Positions 63,966-64,000 of a stretch of 64,000 nucleotides of DNA are shown piece after piece (position 1 is the first letter of the stretch; each line of letters begins with the position of its first letter). The stretch comes from Macrostomum lignano. Taxonomy: Eukaryota. The notes under the pieces are model-generated. The model saw nothing but the letters and a program-made list of their open reading frames with translations, did not search any database and was not told the DNA's origin. The stretch lies in contig NIVC01000171.1 of the NCBI GenBank assembly GCA_002269645.1, positions 25,794 through 89,793 of the forward strand. Direction: 5' to 3'. The translations under genes and the position numbers were made by a program.

Positions 63966-64000
63966 CAGAACCTATTCAGGCATCTAAAACACACCTTGGC

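Overview
Repeat-dominated animal (metazoan) genomic DNA. It is not prokaryotic: there are spliceosomal introns and no operons, rRNA, tRNA genes or CRISPR. The GC-rich exons among many short-period satellites resemble a free-living flatworm such as Macrostomum, but that is inference only. Four protein-coding loci are supported. (1) An intronless SLC22-like MFS transporter at 1274-2879 (+), broken by an in-frame TGA and a frameshift. (2) A three-exon scratch (Snail-superfamily C2H2) gene at 6891-26095 (+), whose 16.7-kb first intron is filled by a ~15.6-kb array of a 21/22-bp repeat. (3) A convergent adhesion GPCR (GAIN/GPS + 7TM) on the minus strand, with exons from 33577 to 38912 and a probable ectodomain exon at 61591-61796. 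(4) A defective mariner (DD34D) transposon at 62341-63691 with perfect 26-bp TIRs and TA duplication. There is also a tRNA-headed CORE-type SINE. Well over half of the window is tandem repeat, from about 20 distinct families. The most structured is a 12.7-kb hierarchical macrosatellite (about 1.88-kb units containing a variable number of 205-bp subunits, each with two GC-rich hairpins sharing an identical CTG-GTCA-CAG apex), joined by microhomology to a (GATA)n tract on both sides. Almost all long ORFs in the supplied track, including the 5250-aa one, are repeat artefacts.
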